From an uncultured Anaerolineaceae bacterium (GTDB lineage: Bacteria > Chloroflexota > Anaerolineae > Anaerolineales > UBA4823): a stretch of DNA of 64,000 bases. This document shows, piece after piece, positions 26,473 through 37,110 of the stretch. A model generated the notes under the pieces. The model ran no database searches and was not told the origin of the DNA. It saw nothing but the letters and a program-made list of their open reading frames with translations. How positions within the stretch are numbered: the stretch's first letter is position 1; each line of letters begins with the position of its first letter. Both the position numbers and the translations under genes were made by a program. Where the stretch lies: assembly GCA_964391195.1 (NCBI GenBank), contig CAYMLG010000008.1, positions 51,801 to 115,800 on the forward strand. The letters are read 5' to 3'.

Positions 26473-28056
26473 GTGGTGGATGCTCATTCGCGTGATATCC
26501 AAAAACTGAAGGCCCGCCTGAGGTCCCTTTCGGCCTCCCTACAGCGCTCCGAAAAAAGCCGCCGCCGCTACCAGGCCTTGTTCGAACACGCCCCCAACGG
26601 CTATCTGCTCACCGACCTGTCCGGGACGATCTACGAAGTAAACCAGGCCGCAGCCCATCTGCTGAACACCTCTGCGACCGCAATCCGGGGGAAATCTCTC
26701 CTGCAGTTCCACCCACCCCAAGAGCGGATGGATTTGCTGCGCCGGCTCGCCCACCTCCAAAACGACCTGAAAAAAGCCATGTCCGATTCCGGCCTGGGCG
26801 CCGGCCCTGGCCAGGCGCCGGACTGCCGGCGCTGCTTCCAGGAATGGGAGACGATGATCCAACCTGCGGAGAAAGAGGCCTTCTACGCCGCCCTCGCCAC
26901 TTCGCCGGTGTGGATCGAAGATCGTTTGGGGTTGATGTGGTCGATCCGCAGCATCCACACCTACAAGCTGGAAGTGAAAGCGGCGCAGGACAGCGAGAAG
27001 CACTTCCGCACCCTGGCCGAGACCAGCTCGGTAGCCATCTTCCTGGTGCAAGGAGATCAGATCGAGTACGCCAACCAGGCGGCCATCCAGATGCTCGGCT
27101 ACTCGCAGGCGGAGATCCTCCACCGCCCCTTCTCCGATTTCATCCGCCCTCCCGACGACGCCCGCATCGCCCGCCTGCTGCAGGTGACCAACCGCAAGGA
27201 GATGAGCGAGCGCACCACCCCGCTCAACGCCCTGCGCTCCGAGGTCTCCCTGATCCCCAAAAACGAAGACGAGTGCTGGGTGGACCTGACCCTCGGCGTT
27301 ACAGAGATCGGGGAAAGGATCATGTGGGTCGTCACCGCCTACGATACCACCCAGCGCGTACAGGGAGAGCGGCGGCAGAAAGAACTGCTCCAGGCCATTG
27401 TGTCGTTCCTGGAGGCGGAACGCGGGCGCATCGCCAGGGAGATGCACGACCAGATGGGGCAGACCGTTACCGCGCTGATCCTGGGGCTGAAAGGGCTGGA
27501 GCCCTATCTGCGGGCCGGGGTGGCGGTGAGGCGGCGGTTGGAGCAATTGCAGGCGATGGTTGACGAGCTCAGCCAGGATATGCACCGGGTGGCCTTCGAG
27601 CTGCGACCCACTTCGCTGGATGATCTTGGACTGAAATCGGCGCTTGCCAACCTGATCGACGACTGGGGCGAGCGCCATCAAATCACGACAGAATTCGAGG
27701 TGGTCGCCTACCCCGATGAACCTCTGTCGGGTGAAGTGACTTCGGCCATCTATCGTATCGTACAGGAGGCGCTGAACAATATCTTGAAGCACGCCGGCGC
27801 CTCCCAGGTCAGCGTAATTCTCGACTGCCGGAATGGGATGGCTAAGGCGGTGATCGAGGATAACGGAGCAGGATTCGATTTCAAAGAGGGCATGCACTGG
27901 CAGGGGGGGCCGCATCGATTGGGTTTATATGGAATGATGGAACGCGCGGCTCTATTGGGGGGTAAAGTAAATATAGAAACTGCACCCGGCCAGGGAACCA
28001 CGATTTACGCCAGTATTCCTTACCAGACCGTAGGACGAGATAGCGCAAATGGATAA
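26473..28056 (+). CDS. Cytoplasmic PAS-domain sensor histidine kinase (HisKA_3/NarX-class)
   Basis: 527 aa, GTG start, no TM helix seen. Coiled-coil plus two PAS-like regions. H-box RIAREMHDQMGQ, N-box EALNNILKHA, G1 DNGAGF, G2 GLYGMMERA. Confidence 0.9.
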   Translation: MVDAHSRDIQKLKARLRSLSASLQRSEKSRRRYQALFEHAPNGYLLTDLSGTIYEVNQAAAHLLNTSATAIRGKSLLQFHPPQERMDLLRRLAHLQNDLKKAMSDSGLGAGPGQAPDCRRCFQEWETMIQPAEKEAFYAALATSPVWIEDRLGLMWSIRSIHTYKLEVKAAQDSEKHFRTLAETSSVAIFLVQGDQIEYANQAAIQMLGYSQAEILHRPFSDFIRPPDDARIARLLQVTNRKEMSERTTPLNALRSEVSLIPKNEDECWVDLTLGVTEIGERIMWVVTAYDTTQRVQGERRQKELLQAIVSFLEAERGRIAREMHDQMGQTVTALILGLKGLEPYLRAGVAVRRRLEQLQAMVDELSQDMHRVAFELRPTSLDDLGLKSALANLIDDWGERHQITTEFEVVAYPDEPLSGEVTSAIYRIVQEALNNILKHAGASQVSVILDCRNGMAKAVIEDNGAGFDFKEGMHWQGGPHRLGLYGMMERAALLGGKVNIETAPGQGTTIYASIPYQTVGRDSANG

Positions 28057-28708
28057 GATCAAAATCTTCCTGGCCGAAGATCACTCCGTCGTGCGTGAAG
28101 GCGTAAAAATGCTGATCAACGCCCAACCCGATATGATCGTGATCGGTGAAGCGAGCGATGGAAGAGAAGCGGTGACGAAAGTGCTCGAGCTAAATCCGGA
28201 CGTGGTGATTCTGGATGTGACCATGCCGGTGCTCACCGGCACGAGCGCGGCCATCGAGCTGAGACAGAAGAGACCAGACATCCTGATCCTGGCTCTCAGC
28301 GTGCACGAAGACAAAAGCTACTTTCGCGAGCTGTTCCAGGCGGGCATTTCCGGTTATGTGCTCAAACGCTCGGCGGCCAACGAACTGATCAACGCCATCC
28401 GCATCGTCTCCAGCGGTGGGATCTACCTCGACCCTTCGATCGCCGGCAAGGTGGTCAGCGAATTTGTCGACCCAAGCGAGCCGGTGACTTTCTTGGCCGA
28501 GGGGCAGCTTCTCAGCCAGCGTGAACGTGAAGTGCTGCGCCTGATCGCTCATGGCTATACGAATAAAGAGATCGCTTCCGAACTCAACATCAGCATTAAA
28601 ACCGTCGAAACTTACCGCTCCCGTGCCATGCAGAAAATCGGTCTCAACAGCCGGGCGGATATCGTCCGTTTTGCCGTCCAGGCCGGCTGGTTAACCGACG
28701 AATTGTGA
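28049..28708 (+). CDS. NarL/LuxR-family response regulator
   Basis: REC (IFLAEDHSVVREG, DVVILDVTMPVLTG) plus LuxR HTH (LSQREREVLRLIAHGYTNKEIASELNISIKTVETYR). 8-nt overlap with the kinase gene. Confidence 0.9.
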   Translation: MDKIKIFLAEDHSVVREGVKMLINAQPDMIVIGEASDGREAVTKVLELNPDVVILDVTMPVLTGTSAAIELRQKRPDILILALSVHEDKSYFRELFQAGISGYVLKRSAANELINAIRIVSSGGIYLDPSIAGKVVSEFVDPSEPVTFLAEGQLLSQREREVLRLIAHGYTNKEIASELNISIKTVETYRSRAMQKIGLNSRADIVRFAVQAGWLTDEL

Positions 28709-28841
28709 ACCAAATCGCCTCTTTTGACGTCTACTATTTATAGCGATTTGCGTTCACCGATCGGCTCTTTTCTCGATTCGGACCGGCTGCGAGTAAACCG
28801 GTAGCGGCCGGGTTATTTCTTCAATCAAGGAGGGCAACCAT

Positions 28842-31580
28842 ATGCCTGGTAAAGGCTCACGCGGTTTCCAGATCGTATCTGTCCTGTTAGCGGTCATCCT
28901 GTTGTTCAACATCACCGCTTGTACGTCAAGGACTCCCCAACCCGGCTCCGATGGCCCCAAGGCGACTTCGGCCAACGCCCCCGCCGGCGAACTTGACGAC
29001 GGTCCGGCTTCGATCACCTTCGCCATGAACGAATATGAGGCCCGGATGTACGAGCCCCTCATTGAACAGTTCATGGCCGAAAACCCCGACATCACCGTGC
29101 AAATTGTGGAACCGCCTCAGTTCGGTCCGGACGACCAGCCGGAGAACATCAACTGGTGGCGGCTCATGGCCTCGGCCTCCGACACGACCATCATCTGGGG
29201 CGGATCGATGGATCCCAACCAGTCCCACTACTTCCGCGACCTGGGGCCGCTGATGGATGTGGACCCCACCTTCGATGCGGATGACTTTTGGCCCGGGGCC
29301 CTGGACGCCTGCACCGACGCCGAAGGGCGGGTGCTGGGGATTCCGTTGAACTTCACAGTCAACGGCGTTTTCTTCGATGAAGAAGCTTTCGATGCCGCCG
29401 GACTCCCACACCCCGGCCCCGGCTGGACCTTCGAGGACCTCCAGAAGGCCGCCCGGACTCTGACCGAACAGCGGGGCGACCAGACCCGCTATGGCCTGGC
29501 CGAGCGCGAGTCGCTTTACAGTTCGATCGTCGCGCCTCTCGTCGTCACCCACCTGTTAGAACAGGGCGATGACCCAGACGGGGAAGGACTGGAAGCCGAG
29601 TTGGGTTGGTATCTATCTCTGGCGAAGGAAGATGTAATTTATGCCATCCGCCAGGTGGAAGATTGGAGCAAGAGTTGGGAAGAGTGGATGGCCTTGTTCT
29701 CAGGCGACGCGCGCCCGGCGATGTGGGCCGGATCGATCTCCGAAAGCCTGCCCGTAAATGGACCCATGGGTATCAATGCGAGTGACCCGTTCTCCTACAT
29801 GGCGTTCAGGACCTATGGTTTTGCCCCCTATCCGATCGACTCGGAGCGCCCGGAGCTCGGCACCACGCCGGTATACCCCATGTGCATCGCCATCAGCTCC
29901 GGTTCCCTACACCCTCGCGCCGCCTGGGCCTGGGTGAATTTCCTGACCAGGCAGGTGCTGACGCTCGACGAGTACAACGTGTACGAGCGGCTGAGGGTGC
30001 CGTCGCGCATCTCCGTCGCAGAGGCGAGCGGCTACTGGGATATGCTCCCCAAGGAGATCGGCGATGCGGTTCGCTACGGGATCGAGCACGCCTGGATCAG
30101 CACCTTCTTCCCGGAGAGCTTCAGCGCGGTTGAGAAAGCGATCGTGGAAGCGATCTATCAGGGCGCCGACCTTTCCACGGCTTTAGATAGCGCCATGGCC
30201 GAGATCGTCAAAATGCCGACGCCCACCCCAGACACGGTAGAAGTCGTGGTCGCTACGCCGCCGGCGCCTCCGCCCGAAGATGCTACCGTGATCAAGTTCA
30301 TGATGCAGAATTACTCGCCGGATAGCAACCAGTTGATCAAAGAGACGATCGCCGCCTTCCAGCAGGCTCACCCCGACATTTACATCGATCTCTCGACCGA
30401 CCCCGGAATCACCGGGCCGGATGCCATCGACGACTGGTACGACTTCCTGGGTGGAAAATTCGACTGCTATTCCTGGTGGCCGTCCTTCAGCCCTGAATTT
30501 CCGCCGAACTCCGCACTCAGCCTGAACGCCCTGATCGAAGCCGAGGGCCCGGAGTTCATCCAGGATTTCCCCGCCGACCAGTTGGATGTCTACCGGGTGG
30601 GTGGTGAGCTGTACGGCCTGCCGGCTTTCTCTCAGCCACGGATCGTATCCTACAACATCGATCTTCTCGAAAAACGCGGAGTCGAACCCCCCAGCCCGGA
30701 TTGGACCATGGACGATTTCATCGAGCTGATCTCCAAAGTCGCCTCCACTTCGGCCTCCGACCCCAGCTACGGCCTGCTCTACAGCACCTGGGAAGATGTC
30801 CTGCTGTCGGGCCGGGGGGTGAAATGGCTGGACGCGACGAAGGACCCGCCCGAACCTCTGTTCGACTCGCCCGATATGGTCAGCGCTTTGGCCTGGCTGT
30901 CGGATTTGGTGCAGTCCAACGGAGTGATCTTACAGGATGGCACCAACTGGGAGAAGGTCGACGAGGCGCTCCGCACGGGCAAGGTGGGTTTCTGGTTCTC
31001 ACAGGCCGGGATGACCGATTGGTTCTTGATGGGTCCAAGCGGCCAACCGTCCTTCAAGGTCGGTGTCGTTCCGCTGCCGGTCATGCAAGAAGGGACCGAT
31101 TATGCGAATATCTACGCCTCAACGAATTCACAGGGGCTGTTCATCTCTGCCACTACCGAACACGTCCAGGCATGTTGGGATTGGATCAAATTCCTATCCG
31201 AACAGCCAAACGCTTTCTCCGGGGTCCCTTCCCGGATCTCGGTAGTCGAATCGCCTGCCTACAAGGCGCTGGTTGGCGAGCAGGTGGCCGAAGCTTACAT
31301 CGCTGCTGTGAAACAGTCCGTTCAGCCCGACCCAAACCAACCGACCTACGGCCCATTGACCTGGCCTATGTACGAGTGGCGCAACCAGGCGATAACCGCT
31401 GTGCTGGGCGGTGAAGACGCCGAAGAGGTGCTCACCGACACGCAGCAAAAAGCTGAGGACTTCCTTTCCTGTGCGGTGCTCATCGACCTGGAGGGCAAGG
31501 ATGATATGGAGCTGTCCAAAGAAGTGTACGGCTGCGCCCGGCAGGTGGACCCCCAAGGAAACTGGCCCGTGTACGAATAG
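28842..31580 (+). CDS. Lipoprotein made of two tandem family-1-type extracellular solute-binding domains
   Basis: 912 aa with lipobox LFNITAC. Two SBP-like modules each begin with a typical strand-helix (ITFAMNEYEARMYEPLIEQFMAENPDITVQIV and VIKFMMQNYSPDSNQLIKETIAAFQQAHPDIYIDL). Confidence 0.75.
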   Translation: MPGKGSRGFQIVSVLLAVILLFNITACTSRTPQPGSDGPKATSANAPAGELDDGPASITFAMNEYEARMYEPLIEQFMAENPDITVQIVEPPQFGPDDQPENINWWRLMASASDTTIIWGGSMDPNQSHYFRDLGPLMDVDPTFDADDFWPGALDACTDAEGRVLGIPLNFTVNGVFFDEEAFDAAGLPHPGPGWTFEDLQKAARTLTEQRGDQTRYGLAERESLYSSIVAPLVVTHLLEQGDDPDGEGLEAELGWYLSLAKEDVIYAIRQVEDWSKSWEEWMALFSGDARPAMWAGSISESLPVNGPMGINASDPFSYMAFRTYGFAPYPIDSERPELGTTPVYPMCIAISSGSLHPRAAWAWVNFLTRQVLTLDEYNVYERLRVPSRISVAEASGYWDMLPKEIGDAVRYGIEHAWISTFFPESFSAVEKAIVEAIYQGADLSTALDSAMAEIVKMPTPTPDTVEVVVATPPAPPPEDATVIKFMMQNYSPDSNQLIKETIAAFQQAHPDIYIDLSTDPGITGPDAIDDWYDFLGGKFDCYSWWPSFSPEFPPNSALSLNALIEAEGPEFIQDFPADQLDVYRVGGELYGLPAFSQPRIVSYNIDLLEKRGVEPPSPDWTMDDFIELISKVASTSASDPSYGLLYSTWEDVLLSGRGVKWLDATKDPPEPLFDSPDMVSALAWLSDLVQSNGVILQDGTNWEKVDEALRTGKVGFWFSQAGMTDWFLMGPSGQPSFKVGVVPLPVMQEGTDYANIYASTNSQGLFISATTEHVQACWDWIKFLSEQPNAFSGVPSRISVVESPAYKALVGEQVAEAYIAAVKQSVQPDPNQPTYGPLTWPMYEWRNQAITAVLGGEDAEEVLTDTQQKAEDFLSCAVLIDLEGKDDMELSKEVYGCARQVDPQGNWPVYE

Positions 31581-31615
31581 CCAGCCTTGAACCAACCTTT
31601 ACCAGGGAGCGAACT

Positions 31616-34519
31616 TTGGCATTGATCAACAGCTTTTCATTTGCTCTCAAACGGCTCTGGTCCCACCGCTGGCTGGTGCTGTGCCTGGCAGTGGGGCTGA
31701 CGGTGGCGGTAGCCCTGGCGGTCGCTGTACCGCTGTACGCCGACTCGATCCACTACGCGCTGCTGAGCGAAAGCCTGGAGCGCTCGGCTGCCGCCACCCG
31801 CCGCTCGCCGTTCACCTTCATCTTTCACTACGTCGGCGCCTGGTACGACCCGGTCACCCTGGAGCAGTACCAGCCGGTGGACGCCTATCTGAGCGAGCAA
31901 ATGGCGGGGGTGATCGGTCTGCCCCTGGATGAAACCGCGGGCGGGGTAACGCGTTACGTTGCCACCGACAACATCCAGCTCTACCCGAATGGGCCCACCA
32001 TCCGCCGCAGCGAGCGCATCGACCTGGTGCGGCTGACCTATGTCGAGGGCATCTTCGAGAACATCCAACTGGTGGAAGGTGAGCTCCCCAGGCCGGCCGG
32101 GGAAAACGGGATCGAGGGCGAGGACGGTGTGATCGAAGTCCTGGTCTCGCTGGCCATGGCTAACGAGCTTGGCTTGCAGGCCGGCGATGTATACCGCCTG
32201 CAGCGCCCCGGCGAGCCGGGCGAGGAATCCTTCCAGATGCGCATGCGCATCTCCGGCATCTGGGCCCCTCTGGATGAGAGCAGCAGCTTCTGGTTTTACC
32301 CGCCGGGCTCTTTCGACAAAAAGCCGTTGGTGCCGGAGGAGACCTTTTTCGAGGCTGTCGCGCCCAGGATCGCGCGGCCGGTCTACGAAGCTGTATGGAG
32401 CCTGTCTTTCGATGGGAGCGGCGTGCACAGCGAGGATGTCCCCGGCCTGCTGAGGCGGGTGAGCCGGGCGCAGACCGAGGCCAACGCCCTGCTGCCCCAC
32501 ACCGACCTGGAGGCCTCCCCGGTCACGGCGCTGCGCGGCTACCGCCAGCAGGCCCTGGGCCTGACCAACCTGCTGTTCGTGGTGGCCGCGCCGGTGCTGG
32601 GCCTGGCGCTGTACTTCCTGGGCCTGGTGGCAGCGATGCTGGTGCGCCGCCAGCGGAATGAGATCGCCGTGCTGCGCAGCCGGGGCGCTTCGCAGCGCTG
32701 GGTGGCCGGGGTGTACTTGCTGGAATGGTCGCTGCTCGGGGTCGTTGGCCTGGCGGCAGGGCCCTGGTTCGGGATGGCGGTCGCCCGCCTGGTGGGGCAG
32801 ACCGAATCTTTCCTGGTCTTCTCCACCCGCACTAATCTGGCCCTGCGCCTGACCCCGGGCACGGTGACCTTCGGCCTGCTGTCCGTGGGGTTGGCGCTGG
32901 TGTTCAGCCTGGTGCCGGCCTGGCAGGCCGGGAAGTTCACCATCATCTCGTATAAACAAGAACGGGCGCGGGCCAGCCGGCGCCCGCTGTGGCAGCGGGC
33001 CTACCTGGACCTGATCGTCCTGGCCCCAGCCCTGTACGGCCTGTATACACTGCGGGCCCAAGGCAAGCTCCAACTGCTGGGACGGACGCTGGGCAGCAGT
33101 GACCCCTTCGAGAACCCGCTGCTGTTCCTGCTGCCCACCCTGTTCATCGTCGCCCTCAGCCTGCTGGTGCTGCGGATCCTGCCTTACCTCCTCTTGGGGC
33201 TCGCCTGGCTGGCGGCCCAGTTCCCGGGCACCGTCCCGGTGCTGGCCCTGCGCCAGTTGGCGCGCTCCTCCGGGGCGCACACCGCCCCGCTGATGCTGCT
33301 GATCATCACCCTGAGCCTGGCAGGGTTCGTCGCCTCCATGGCTCACACCCTCGACCGGTCGCTGGCCGACAGCGTCTACTATGCCGTCGGAGCCGACCTG
33401 AACCTGGTGGAAGGTGGAGAATACACCGGGGAAGAGGAGGACGGAGTCCGGCCCCAGGACATTTTTACCCAGGGTGGCCCGCAGCCTCCCACCCGCCAGA
33501 TCAGCGAGGCGGCGGTGTGGAACTTCCTCCCCGCCTCGGACCACTTGAATCTGCCCGGGGTAGAGGCGGTCGCGCGGGTGGGACGCTACAGCTCCCGCCT
33601 GCATGCCGGCGGACGCTCGGCCAGTGGGCGGCTGCTGGGGATTGACCGCGTCGATTTCCCCAACGTCGCTTTCTTCCGCCCCGACTTCGGCAGCGAGCAC
33701 CTGGTGGCCCTGATGAACCGCCTGGCCTCCGAACCTTCTGCCCTGCTGGTGGACCGGCGGACCTGGGAGCAGTACAACTTGAGCACCGGCGATACCGTGG
33801 AAATGACGGTGGACCTCAGCCAACGGCAGCGGCTGCCCTTCAAGGTGGCCGGGTTTGTGGAGTATTTCCCCACCATGTACCCGGAAGACGGCCCGTTTTT
33901 CATCGCCAACCTGGACTACATCTTCGAATCAGCCGGCGGGCTGCAGCCCTACGACGTCTGGCTGCGGACCGCGCCGGACGCCGACAGCCGGGCGATCGTC
34001 TCCGGCATCCAGGCCCTGGGGGTGGCGGTGCTGCGGGCGCAGGACGCCCGGCAGATTTTGGACGATACGCTCAACGCCCCCAACCGCCAGGGGATGCTCG
34101 GCCTGCTCTCTGTGGGCTTCCTGGCGGCTTCGGTGCTGACGGTGATCGGCTTCCTGCTGTACGCCGTCCTTTCCTTCCGCGAGCGCTTTGTGCAGCTTGG
34201 GGTGCTGCGCGCCCTGGGCCTCTCCATGCGCCAGATGGCGGCCGCCCTGGCCCTGGAGCAGTTCATCCTGATCCTGGCCGGGATCGCCGCCGGCACAATG
34301 ATCGCCGTGCTGGCCGCTTCTCTGTTCATCCCCCACCTGCCGGTCACCTTCGGCAGCCATCCGGGCACGCCGCCCAACTCGATCCAGATCGGCTGGATTG
34401 AGATCGCTCGGGTTTACCTGATCTTCGCCGCGGTGCTGGTGCTCGGGGTGAGCGCCACCCTGTGGTCCCTGCGCCGCATGAAAGTCTTCCAGGCAGTAAA
34501 AATGGGCGAAAACGTCTAA
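31616..34519 (+). CDS. MacB/FtsX-type ABC permease with two FtsX modules (about 10 TM)
   Basis: 967 aa, TTG start. N-terminus ALKRLWSHRWLVLCLAVGL, a large extracytoplasmic domain, a 3-TM FtsX bundle (EIAVLRSRGAS), a second extracytoplasmic domain, and a second FtsX bundle (RFVQLGVLRALGLS). Confidence 0.85.
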   Translation: MALINSFSFALKRLWSHRWLVLCLAVGLTVAVALAVAVPLYADSIHYALLSESLERSAAATRRSPFTFIFHYVGAWYDPVTLEQYQPVDAYLSEQMAGVIGLPLDETAGGVTRYVATDNIQLYPNGPTIRRSERIDLVRLTYVEGIFENIQLVEGELPRPAGENGIEGEDGVIEVLVSLAMANELGLQAGDVYRLQRPGEPGEESFQMRMRISGIWAPLDESSSFWFYPPGSFDKKPLVPEETFFEAVAPRIARPVYEAVWSLSFDGSGVHSEDVPGLLRRVSRAQTEANALLPHTDLEASPVTALRGYRQQALGLTNLLFVVAAPVLGLALYFLGLVAAMLVRRQRNEIAVLRSRGASQRWVAGVYLLEWSLLGVVGLAAGPWFGMAVARLVGQTESFLVFSTRTNLALRLTPGTVTFGLLSVGLALVFSLVPAWQAGKFTIISYKQERARASRRPLWQRAYLDLIVLAPALYGLYTLRAQGKLQLLGRTLGSSDPFENPLLFLLPTLFIVALSLLVLRILPYLLLGLAWLAAQFPGTVPVLALRQLARSSGAHTAPLMLLIITLSLAGFVASMAHTLDRSLADSVYYAVGADLNLVEGGEYTGEEEDGVRPQDIFTQGGPQPPTRQISEAAVWNFLPASDHLNLPGVEAVARVGRYSSRLHAGGRSASGRLLGIDRVDFPNVAFFRPDFGSEHLVALMNRLASEPSALLVDRRTWEQYNLSTGDTVEMTVDLSQRQRLPFKVAGFVEYFPTMYPEDGPFFIANLDYIFESAGGLQPYDVWLRTAPDADSRAIVSGIQALGVAVLRAQDARQILDDTLNAPNRQGMLGLLSVGFLAASVLTVIGFLLYAVLSFRERFVQLGVLRALGLSMRQMAAALALEQFILILAGIAAGTMIAVLAASLFIPHLPVTFGSHPGTPPNSIQIGWIEIARVYLIFAAVLVLGVSATLWSLRRMKVFQAVKMGENV

Positions 34520-34530
34520 GGAGCCAATCG

Positions 34531-35937
34531 ATGATAAAACAAGCGCGAATTTTACTGCTGATCTTTGCGTTCATCTTATCCGCCTGCGGCGTCTCGGGGG
34601 CGGCGGAACCCACTCCGACCCCGGCCCCCACCCCCATCGTTGCCCAAAAGCCGACTTACACCGTCGCCCGGGGTGAAGTGACCCGCACCCTGCGCCTGAC
34701 CGGTCGGGTGACCCCGGTGCAGCAGCAGGACCTGTTCTTCCGGGCGGACGGCTTCGTGCGCGAGGTGTACGTCAAGCGGGGGGATACCGTGAACGAGGGC
34801 GATGTGCTCGCCCGGCTGGACGACCCGGAGAAATTCCTGGCCGATCTGTCGGCGGCGGAGCTCGCCCTGGAGCAAGCGCGGGTAGACCTGGAAAAGTTGA
34901 TCCTGGAGGCGCCGGTGAAGGCAGCCGAAGCCCAACAGGCCCTGGTGGAGGCCGAGCTGGAGTTGAAAAAGGCCCAAAACCGCCGTACGTACATGAACTA
35001 CGACAAAGTGGCCGACGACCTCATCATCCAAAAAGCGGAAGCCGAGTACCTGACCGCCAAGCAGCGGGTGAAGGAAGCCCAGAAGGCGTTCGACGCGGTG
35101 GCGCATAAGAAGCTCACCAACCCGGAACGCATGGCCGCTGTGGAAGCCCTGCTAGCTGCTAAACAGGAGATGGACCGCGCGTTGTCTCTTTATAACTGGT
35201 ATCTTCTCCCGCACTCCCCTGCCGATGTGGCCCAGGCGGACGCCGACCTGGCCCTGGCCGAGGCCGAATACACGACTGCCCTGGCCGAGTGGGAGCGGCT
35301 GAAAGACGGGCCGGACGAACACGACCTGCGGCTGGCGGAGGCCAAAGTGGCCGACGCCGAAGCCCGCCTGGCCATCGCCCAGAAAGCGCTGGAGAACATC
35401 GAACTGCGCGCCCCCTTCTCCGGGCAGGTGCTTTCCATCGCCCTCACACCCGGCAGCCAGGTTACCGCCTTCCGCCCGGTGCTCACCGTGGCAGACCCCT
35501 CCCAGCTCAATATCACCGCCTTCCCCACCCAGGAGGAGCTGCGCGACCTGGGCGTTGGCCAGCCCGCCGTGATCCAGCTCAGCAGCCGCCAGGGCCAGAA
35601 CCTGACGGGCCGCATCACCCAGACGCCGATCGCCGAGACCACCGGGGGCCAGGAGCAGGGCCAGCAGCAAGACCAGGCCCTCCATATCGCCCTCGATGAC
35701 CCCGACATCCCCCTCACCCTGGGCGAAGTTGCCAGCATCACCATCCAGGTAGAGAGCCGGGAGGATGTGCTCTGGCTGCCCGTGGCCGCCCTGCGCACCT
35801 TCCAGGGGAGGGACTTCGTCTTCGTTGAAGAGAACGGCATCCAGCGCCGGGTGGACGTGGTCCTGGGCCTGCGCAGCAACGAGCGTGTGGAAATCGTCGA
35901 GGGCCTGCAAGAGGGCCAGACCGTGATTGGACAGTAG
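34531..35937 (+). CDS. HlyD/MacA-type periplasmic adaptor (membrane-fusion protein), lipoprotein
   Basis: Start set at ATG 34531 (AAGGAG RBS at 34518-34523) rather than the ORF-track start 34462. Lipobox ILSACG, lipoyl-like GDTVNEGDVLARLD, a long coiled-coil, and a beta-barrel C-terminus. Confidence 0.85.
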   Translation: MIKQARILLLIFAFILSACGVSGAAEPTPTPAPTPIVAQKPTYTVARGEVTRTLRLTGRVTPVQQQDLFFRADGFVREVYVKRGDTVNEGDVLARLDDPEKFLADLSAAELALEQARVDLEKLILEAPVKAAEAQQALVEAELELKKAQNRRTYMNYDKVADDLIIQKAEAEYLTAKQRVKEAQKAFDAVAHKKLTNPERMAAVEALLAAKQEMDRALSLYNWYLLPHSPADVAQADADLALAEAEYTTALAEWERLKDGPDEHDLRLAEAKVADAEARLAIAQKALENIELRAPFSGQVLSIALTPGSQVTAFRPVLTVADPSQLNITAFPTQEELRDLGVGQPAVIQLSSRQGQNLTGRITQTPIAETTGGQEQGQQQDQALHIALDDPDIPLTLGEVASITIQVESREDVLWLPVAALRTFQGRDFVFVEENGIQRRVDVVLGLRSNERVEIVEGLQEGQTVIGQ

Positions 35938-35940
35938 CCG

Positions 35941-37101
35941 ATGGCTGAACCGCTCATCGTTTGTGAAGGCCTGGTAAAGATCTATTCTCTGCAGGGGGTC
36001 GAGGTTCTCGCCCTGCAGGGGCTGGACCTGACGGTGGAAGCAGGCGAGCTGCTGGGGATGGTGGGCGCTTCCGGCTCGGGGAAATCCACCCTGCTCAACG
36101 TGCTCGGCGGGCTGGACCGCCCCTCGGCGGGCAAGGTGACGGTGGGTGGGCGCGACCTGCTCAAGCTCTCGGACGCAGAGTTGGATGAGTACCGCCGCAC
36201 TCAGGTGGGGTTCGTCTGGCAGCAGACCACTCGTAACCTGATCCCCTACCTGACCGCCCGGGAGAACGTCGAACTGCCGCTGCGGCTGACCAACATGGGG
36301 CGGGCGCAGCGCCGCCAGCGGGCCGAAGAGTTGCTGCAGGCGGTGGGGCTTAGCCACCGTATGGAACACCTGCCCGCCCACCTGTCCGGCGGCGAACAGC
36401 AGCGGGTAGCGATCGCAGTTGCCCTGGCTAACCGGCCGTTGATCTTGCTGGCGGACGAACCGACGGGTGAAGTGGATACAGCCACCGCCCAGGAGATCTA
36501 CGCCGTCTTGCGTAAGATTAATCAGGAATACGGGATGACGACCATCATCGTCTCCCACGACCAGGACCTGAGCCGCCACACCGATCGTGTAGTGGCGATT
36601 CGTGACGGGAAAACCAGCACAGAAACCGTGCGCTACGTCCGCCGGGCGGCCATCCACAGTGGCGCAGCCCTCGGCCTGGACAGAGCGGACCACCCGGCCG
36701 GTGATGATCAACCGGGCGGTGAAGAGCACCCCGCCGGAGGTGACCATGCGGAGGAAACGGCGCACAGGCCGCCGGAGTTCGAAGAATTGGTGGTGCTGGA
36801 CAGCGCCGGTCGCTTGCAGTTGCCGCGCGAATATTTGGAAGCGCTCAATATCGGCGACCGGGTGCGGGTGGAGTTGAAAGACGGTGGGATACAGATCCGC
36901 CCGGTCGAGGGCCGCGGCCGCAACCAGAACCAGACCCCGGCCGAGGAGCTTTCCAGCCCGGTAGACCTGTACGAACCCGAGCCTGACGGTGCGCCGCCCA
37001 GAGAAAGCCAGCCCGGAGCGTTCGTAAAGCGGGTGCGCGACCTCATCACCCAGGTGCGCCTGCCCCTCCCCCGGCAGGCGAAGCGCGAGAAGAAGGAGTA
37101 A
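35941..37101 (+). CDS. ABC ATP-binding protein (MacB/LolD class) with a 150-aa C-terminal extension containing an AbrB/SpoVT-like segment
   Basis: Walker [25 protein letters not shown], Walker [13 protein letters not shown]-loop VSHD. The extension includes [38 protein letters not shown]. Confidence 0.9.
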   Translation: MAEPLIVCEGLVKIYSLQGVEVLALQGLDLTVEAGELLGMVGASGSGKSTLLNVLGGLDRPSAGKVTVGGRDLLKLSDAELDEYRRTQVGFVWQQTTRNLIPYLTARENVELPLRLTNMGRAQRRQRAEELLQAVGLSHRMEHLPAHLSGGEQQRVAIAVALANRPLILLADEPTGEVDTATAQEIYAVLRKINQEYGMTTIIVSHDQDLSRHTDRVVAIRDGKTSTETVRYVRRAAIHSGAALGLDRADHPAGDDQPGGEEHPAGGDHAEETAHRPPEFEELVVLDSAGRLQLPREYLEALNIGDRVRVELKDGGIQIRPVEGRGRNQNQTPAEELSSPVDLYEPEPDGAPPRESQPGAFVKRVRDLITQVRLPLPRQAKREKKE

Positions 37102-37110
37102 CCCGGCGAA

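Noticed and set aside
28842-31580. The double SBP considered as two separate genes merged by a frameshift
   Set aside because: A single uninterrupted frame with a Pro-rich inter-domain linker (TPTPDTVEVVVATPPAPPPED). There is no internal signal peptide or RBS, so I keep it as one gene.
31637-33823. Long antisense ORFs opposite real genes: 31637..33823 (728 aa), 35152..37137 (661 aa), 26539..27915 (458 aa), 38793..40421 (542 aa), 2137..3561 (474 aa), 48675..49727, 43463..44326, 63060..63863 and similar
   Set aside because: These are typical high-GC shadow ORFs. They have Arg/Gly/Pro/His-rich low-complexity translations without motifs. Each lies opposite an ORF with clear family signatures.
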